A DNA stretch of 64,000 nucleotides from NCBI GenBank assembly GCA_050945215.1, contig JBMNSN010000005.1, positions 6,440-70,439 on the forward strand, written 5' to 3'. Below are positions 61,450 through 64,000 of this stretch, piece after piece (position 1 is the first letter of the stretch; each line of letters begins with the position of its first letter). This DNA is from Fermentimonas sp. Its GTDB lineage: Bacteria > Bacteroidota > Bacteroidia > Bacteroidales > Dysgonomonadaceae. The position numbers were made by a program, and so were the translations under genes. The notes beneath the pieces were generated by a model. That model saw only the letters and a list, made by a program, of their open reading frames with translations, ran no database searches and was not told where the DNA came from.

Positions 61450-61935
61450 CTACAAAATAGTTACTCTCTCTGCCGGCACTCCAAAGCTTTTGGCTGTAAC
61501 CTTATCGATTTTAACCTTCCAAATCTTGACGTTTACTACTGCCGGCTCCGAATAGCTGAATTCTCTATCCGAATATTGTCGCATAATGATATCAAGTGCT
61601 TTAACCTTCTCATCATAATCTTCCTCAAACTCAACCTTACCGTTACAAACAACACTTTCCGTCCTCATCCTATAACTACATGCTACCTGCTCATGTTGCC
61701 AAACCAGATCGGCATCCGTACAGAAAGTTATACATACATTAGGATTATTTTCTATTACCGACACAAGATATCCATCAGGTGCAGAGTGCAGATAAATAAT
61801 ATCTTCCTCCAAACCAAAATTCATAGGTAGCACATAAGGCAAACCCTCTTTATCTACCATTCCGAGAAAGCATATCGGACATTTTCTGATTATCTCCTCT
61901 ATCCTCTCAAAATCTTCTGTAGGAATTGTTCTCAT
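61450..61935 (-). CDS. Pyridoxamine 5'-phosphate oxidase-family (split-barrel flavin-binding) protein
   Basis: 161 aa. The pattern CFLGMVDKEGLPYVLPMNFG...IYLHSA is typical of the Pyridox_ox_2 group, which includes Nim proteins. Confidence 0.65.
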   Translation of the reverse strand: MRTIPTEDFERIEEIIRKCPICFLGMVDKEGLPYVLPMNFGLEEDIIYLHSAPDGYLVSVIENNPNVCITFCTDADLVWQHEQVACSYRMRTESVVCNGKVEFEEDYDEKVKALDIIMRQYSDREFSYSEPAVVNVKIWKVKIDKVTAKSFGVPAERVTIL

Positions 61936-61962
61936 AAGTTATTGAATGCTTGTGTTATTACT

Positions 61963-63087
61963 CTAAAAATGTTTCTCTTCTGTCGACGGACCATCAATGG
62001 TCAAAATTCCATCTTCGTCTATGTTTACCTCATCTATAAAAACAACTCTCTCTTCTCCTGTACTCTTTGTTCTACCATGAAAGGCACTATATACCTTGTC
62101 ACTACCCTTAAGTTTAAACAACATATTATGTCCCGTACCTGTTACATCGCCACCTTTCTCAATATTCTTCTCTAAGATAGGATTATTGTCAGCCTTAACA
62201 AATGGTCCTAACGGATTGTCCGACACGGCATAACCAACAGCATAATGTTCTCCTCCAAAGAAGTTTGCTGAATACATCATATATATCTTGCCTCCGTGCT
62301 CAAAAGCAAACGACCCTTCAGTCCATCGTCTGTTTATTTCACCGCTTGTCACAGACCTACTCTCCCACTCTGTCTGCGGGTCATCCATAGACGTTGGAGG
62401 TTGTAGAAGCAACACAGGTTCTCCTATCACCTCCTTAAAGTCATTCGAAATCTCAACCCCATATATCCAGCTCTCTTCAATCTCACCAAACAGTCCTTCA
62501 GCCTTAGCCCAGTCTGCAATCTCACTCTCAACGGGGTGTTTATAGCAACAACGTGAATAGTACAGATATGTCTTGCCATCATGTCGCAAAATATTAGCAT
62601 CTATTATAGGATAGCCTGGGTCAAATAATGGAGCGTCTGACACCTCTATAAATGGACCTATAGGACTGTCTGCTACAGCAACACCAATCCTAAAGTTCTC
62701 CAACTCGTTTGTTGGATTAACCTTCCAGTCTGCACTATAAAACATATAATACTTGCCATCTATCTCATAAACCTCCGGTGCCCAATAGTTCTTCAATGTC
62801 CACGATTCAGGCTTACCTCCATCATATACCTGCCCTTCATAATGCCAATCCGCCAAGTTTTCAGAGCTGTAGGCGGCAAAACCTTTCTCTACCATGCCGG
62901 TGCCATACATATAATATTTGCCATCACTTGCCGACAAAACAAAGGGATCACCAAACTCTATTGGCAATGGATTTGAATATGTAACAACATCGTCACCACT
63001 ACCCTTTTTATTGCTGTCATTACAACCGACTAAAGGTGCAATAAGTGCCAATAAAACAGAAATAAATAAGATATTATTTTTATACAT
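61963..63087 (-). CDS. Glycoside hydrolase family 43 lipoprotein
   Basis: Lipobox APLVGCND. GH43 landmarks are FGDPFV (catalytic Asp region), YWAPEV and TEGSFAF (catalytic Glu region). Confidence 0.82.
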   Translation of the reverse strand: MYKNNILFISVLLALIAPLVGCNDSNKKGSGDDVVTYSNPLPIEFGDPFVLSASDGKYYMYGTGMVEKGFAAYSSENLADWHYEGQVYDGGKPESWTLKNYWAPEVYEIDGKYYMFYSADWKVNPTNELENFRIGVAVADSPIGPFIEVSDAPLFDPGYPIIDANILRHDGKTYLYYSRCCYKHPVESEIADWAKAEGLFGEIEESWIYGVEISNDFKEVIGEPVLLLQPPTSMDDPQTEWESRSVTSGEINRRWTEGSFAFEHGGKIYMMYSANFFGGEHYAVGYAVSDNPLGPFVKADNNPILEKNIEKGGDVTGTGHNMLFKLKGSDKVYSAFHGRTKSTGEERVVFIDEVNIDEDGILTIDGPSTEEKHF

Positions 63088-63118
63088 AATGACTAATATA
63101 TTACTAACTCTACTACCA

Positions 63119-63126
63119 CAAATATA
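63119..63126 (-). promoter_or_regulatory. -7 box (TATATTTG on minus strand) for the GH43 gene
   Basis: Plus strand reads CAAATATA, 32 nt upstream of ATG 63087. Confidence 0.4.
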
Positions 63127-63158
63127 CCTTTCTTTTGCTTATTACAAAACATTTAAAC

Positions 63159-63190
63159 AAAAAAAGGAGAAACCCGATACAGATTTCTCC
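63159..63190 (-). terminator. Intrinsic terminator of rplT
   Basis: On the minus strand, ggagaaa (63190-63184) pairs with tttctcc (63172-63166) around an 11-nt loop. U7 follows (plus-strand A-run 63159-63165). It lies 27 nt after the rplT stop. Confidence 0.72.
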
Positions 63191-63216
63191 ATTAATTCTT
63201 CAAAATCAAGCAACAA

Positions 63217-63561
63217 CTATTTTACCTTATCCACAATAGCTTTAAAAGCCTCCGGATGATTCATTGCTAAATCGGCAAGTACCTTACGATTGATGTTGAT
63301 GTTGTTTTTATTCAATGCACCCATAAAACGTGAGTAAGACATTCCATTCTCGCGAGCGGCAGCATTGATACGCTGAATCCACAATGCACGGAAGTTACGT
63401 TTTTTATTCTTACGGTCACGATAGGCATAAGTTAAACCCTTTTCCCAAGTATTTTTGGCAACTGTCCACACATTTTTGCGTGCGCCAAAATAACCTCTCG
63501 TTTGTTTAAGAACCTTTTTTCTTTTGTTGCGTGATGCAACATGATTTACTGATCTTGGCAT
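63217..63561 (-). CDS. rplT: 50S ribosomal protein L20
   Basis: 114 aa with RGYFGARKN and [24 protein letters not shown]. Confidence 0.97.
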   Translation of the reverse strand: MPRSVNHVASRNKRKKVLKQTRGYFGARKNVWTVAKNTWEKGLTYAYRDRKNKKRNFRALWIQRINAAARENGMSYSRFMGALNKNNININRKVLADLAMNHPEAFKAIVDKVK

Positions 63562-63669
63562 AATGTTACTTTTTTTTTAGACGATAGCGCTCCCACTTTC
63601 TTCAGGGAATCTTAGTTGCATATACATCCTGTTAATAAATCTTTTTCTTTGGAAGTCAAATTATTGATA

Positions 63670-63867
63670 CTACTTAAGTCCCAATAATTTCTTTACGTTG
63701 TTTTCGTCTGCTTTGTGAACAAGACCTGTAGCTGTCAGATTTCTCTTTTGCTTTTTAGTCTTTTTCGTCAAGATGTGACTCTTGTAAGCATGCTTCCTCT
63801 TGATTTTTCCTGTTCCGGTAAGGGCGAACCTCTTTTTGGCACCGGAATTAGTCTTCATTTTTGGCAT
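63670..63867 (-). CDS. rpmI: 50S ribosomal protein L35
   Basis: [14 protein letters not shown] start, 65 aa. The track ORF extends 10 codons further upstream (63897), which is unlikely. Confidence 0.93.
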   Translation of the reverse strand: MPKMKTNSGAKKRFALTGTGKIKRKHAYKSHILTKKTKKQKRNLTATGLVHKADENNVKKLLGLK

Positions 63868-63932
63868 TTTGCTTATTTTATATTTGTTATTATTCAATCA
63901 GCCTCATCTCCCCGGAGGCTTCAAAAAGTTCG

Positions 63933-63940
63933 CAAAGATA
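63933..63940 (-). promoter_or_regulatory. -7 box (TATCTTTG on minus strand) for rpmI-rplT
   Basis: Plus strand reads CAAAGATA, about 66 nt upstream of the rpmI ATG. Confidence 0.45.
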
Positions 63941-64000
63941 ATAATTTTTTCTATATTAAAGAAACATCTGCAATTTATTTTACTCTCAATCTCTAAAAAT

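Noticed and set aside
62918-63259. A 113-aa plus-strand ORF spanning the GH43 start, its promoter and the rplT terminator
   Set aside because: It crosses two regulatory elements and the ends of two opposite-strand genes. There is no supporting signal.
1-64000. Search for CRISPR arrays, tandem repeats, IS elements or transposases, integrases, phage genes, toxin-antitoxin pairs and known defence-system domains
   Set aside because: I saw no regularly spaced direct repeats, no DDE or tyrosine-recombinase-like ORFs and no tRNA-adjacent island. The single tRNA-Trp is in its conserved core context. RadC, DprA and the HD and MBL proteins sit in housekeeping contexts rather than in an island.

Overview
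This is a 64-kb, visibly AT-rich chromosomal segment that reads like core genome of a Bacteroidota (Bacteroidales-like) organism. The taxon is inferred from four things. A TAnnTTTG -7 box recurs 20-70 nt upstream of start codons. Shine-Dalgarno sequences are absent. The TonB-dependent receptor carries a CarboxypepD_reg-type N-terminus. The glycogen synthase is of the GT3 type. The window opens inside tuf and runs through the conserved tRNA-Trp-secE-nusG-rplKAJL-rpoBC block. It continues with ppk1, a YfcE-like phosphoesterase, purL, a thioesterase, dprA, recA, cysE-cysK, mfd, a GT3 glycogen synthase with a GT35 glucan phosphorylase, and dnaJ-grpE. Next come an HD hydrolase, a small His-rich membrane protein with a TonB-dependent receptor, a DUF4251-like lipoprotein, an unknown polytopic membrane protein and purD. 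After a 425-bp ORF-free gap come a fabK-like gene and a codon-overlapping string of an MBL hydrolase, four glycosyltransferases and a TrmH methyltransferase. The remainder holds lpxH, a DUF59 protein, radC, efp, an outer-membrane beta-barrel with an NCS2 purine permease, cysS, aroA, a Cys-motif membrane protein with an orphan ABC-3 metal permease, a TPR lipoprotein, rdgB, an oxidoreductase, a GDPD lipoprotein, a second TrmH-family methyltransferase, an exported thioredoxin, a PNPOx-family protein, GH43, rplT and rpmI. I found one tRNA. I found no rRNA, CRISPR array, transposase or integrase, phage genes or recognisable defence system. All protein calls rest on motif recognition by eye; no database search was possible. 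Overall the region is ordinary and I see no compelling novel multi-gene system. The best leads are five small, poorly characterised modules: (1) the His-rich protein with a TonB receptor carrying a CxxC plug motif, (2) the CCGxHxxC membrane protein with an orphan metal permease, (3) the MBL/glycosyltransferase/TrmH overlapping operon, (4) the beta-barrel with the NCS2 permease, and (5) a 17-bp perfect hairpin in the large purD/fabK intergenic gap.
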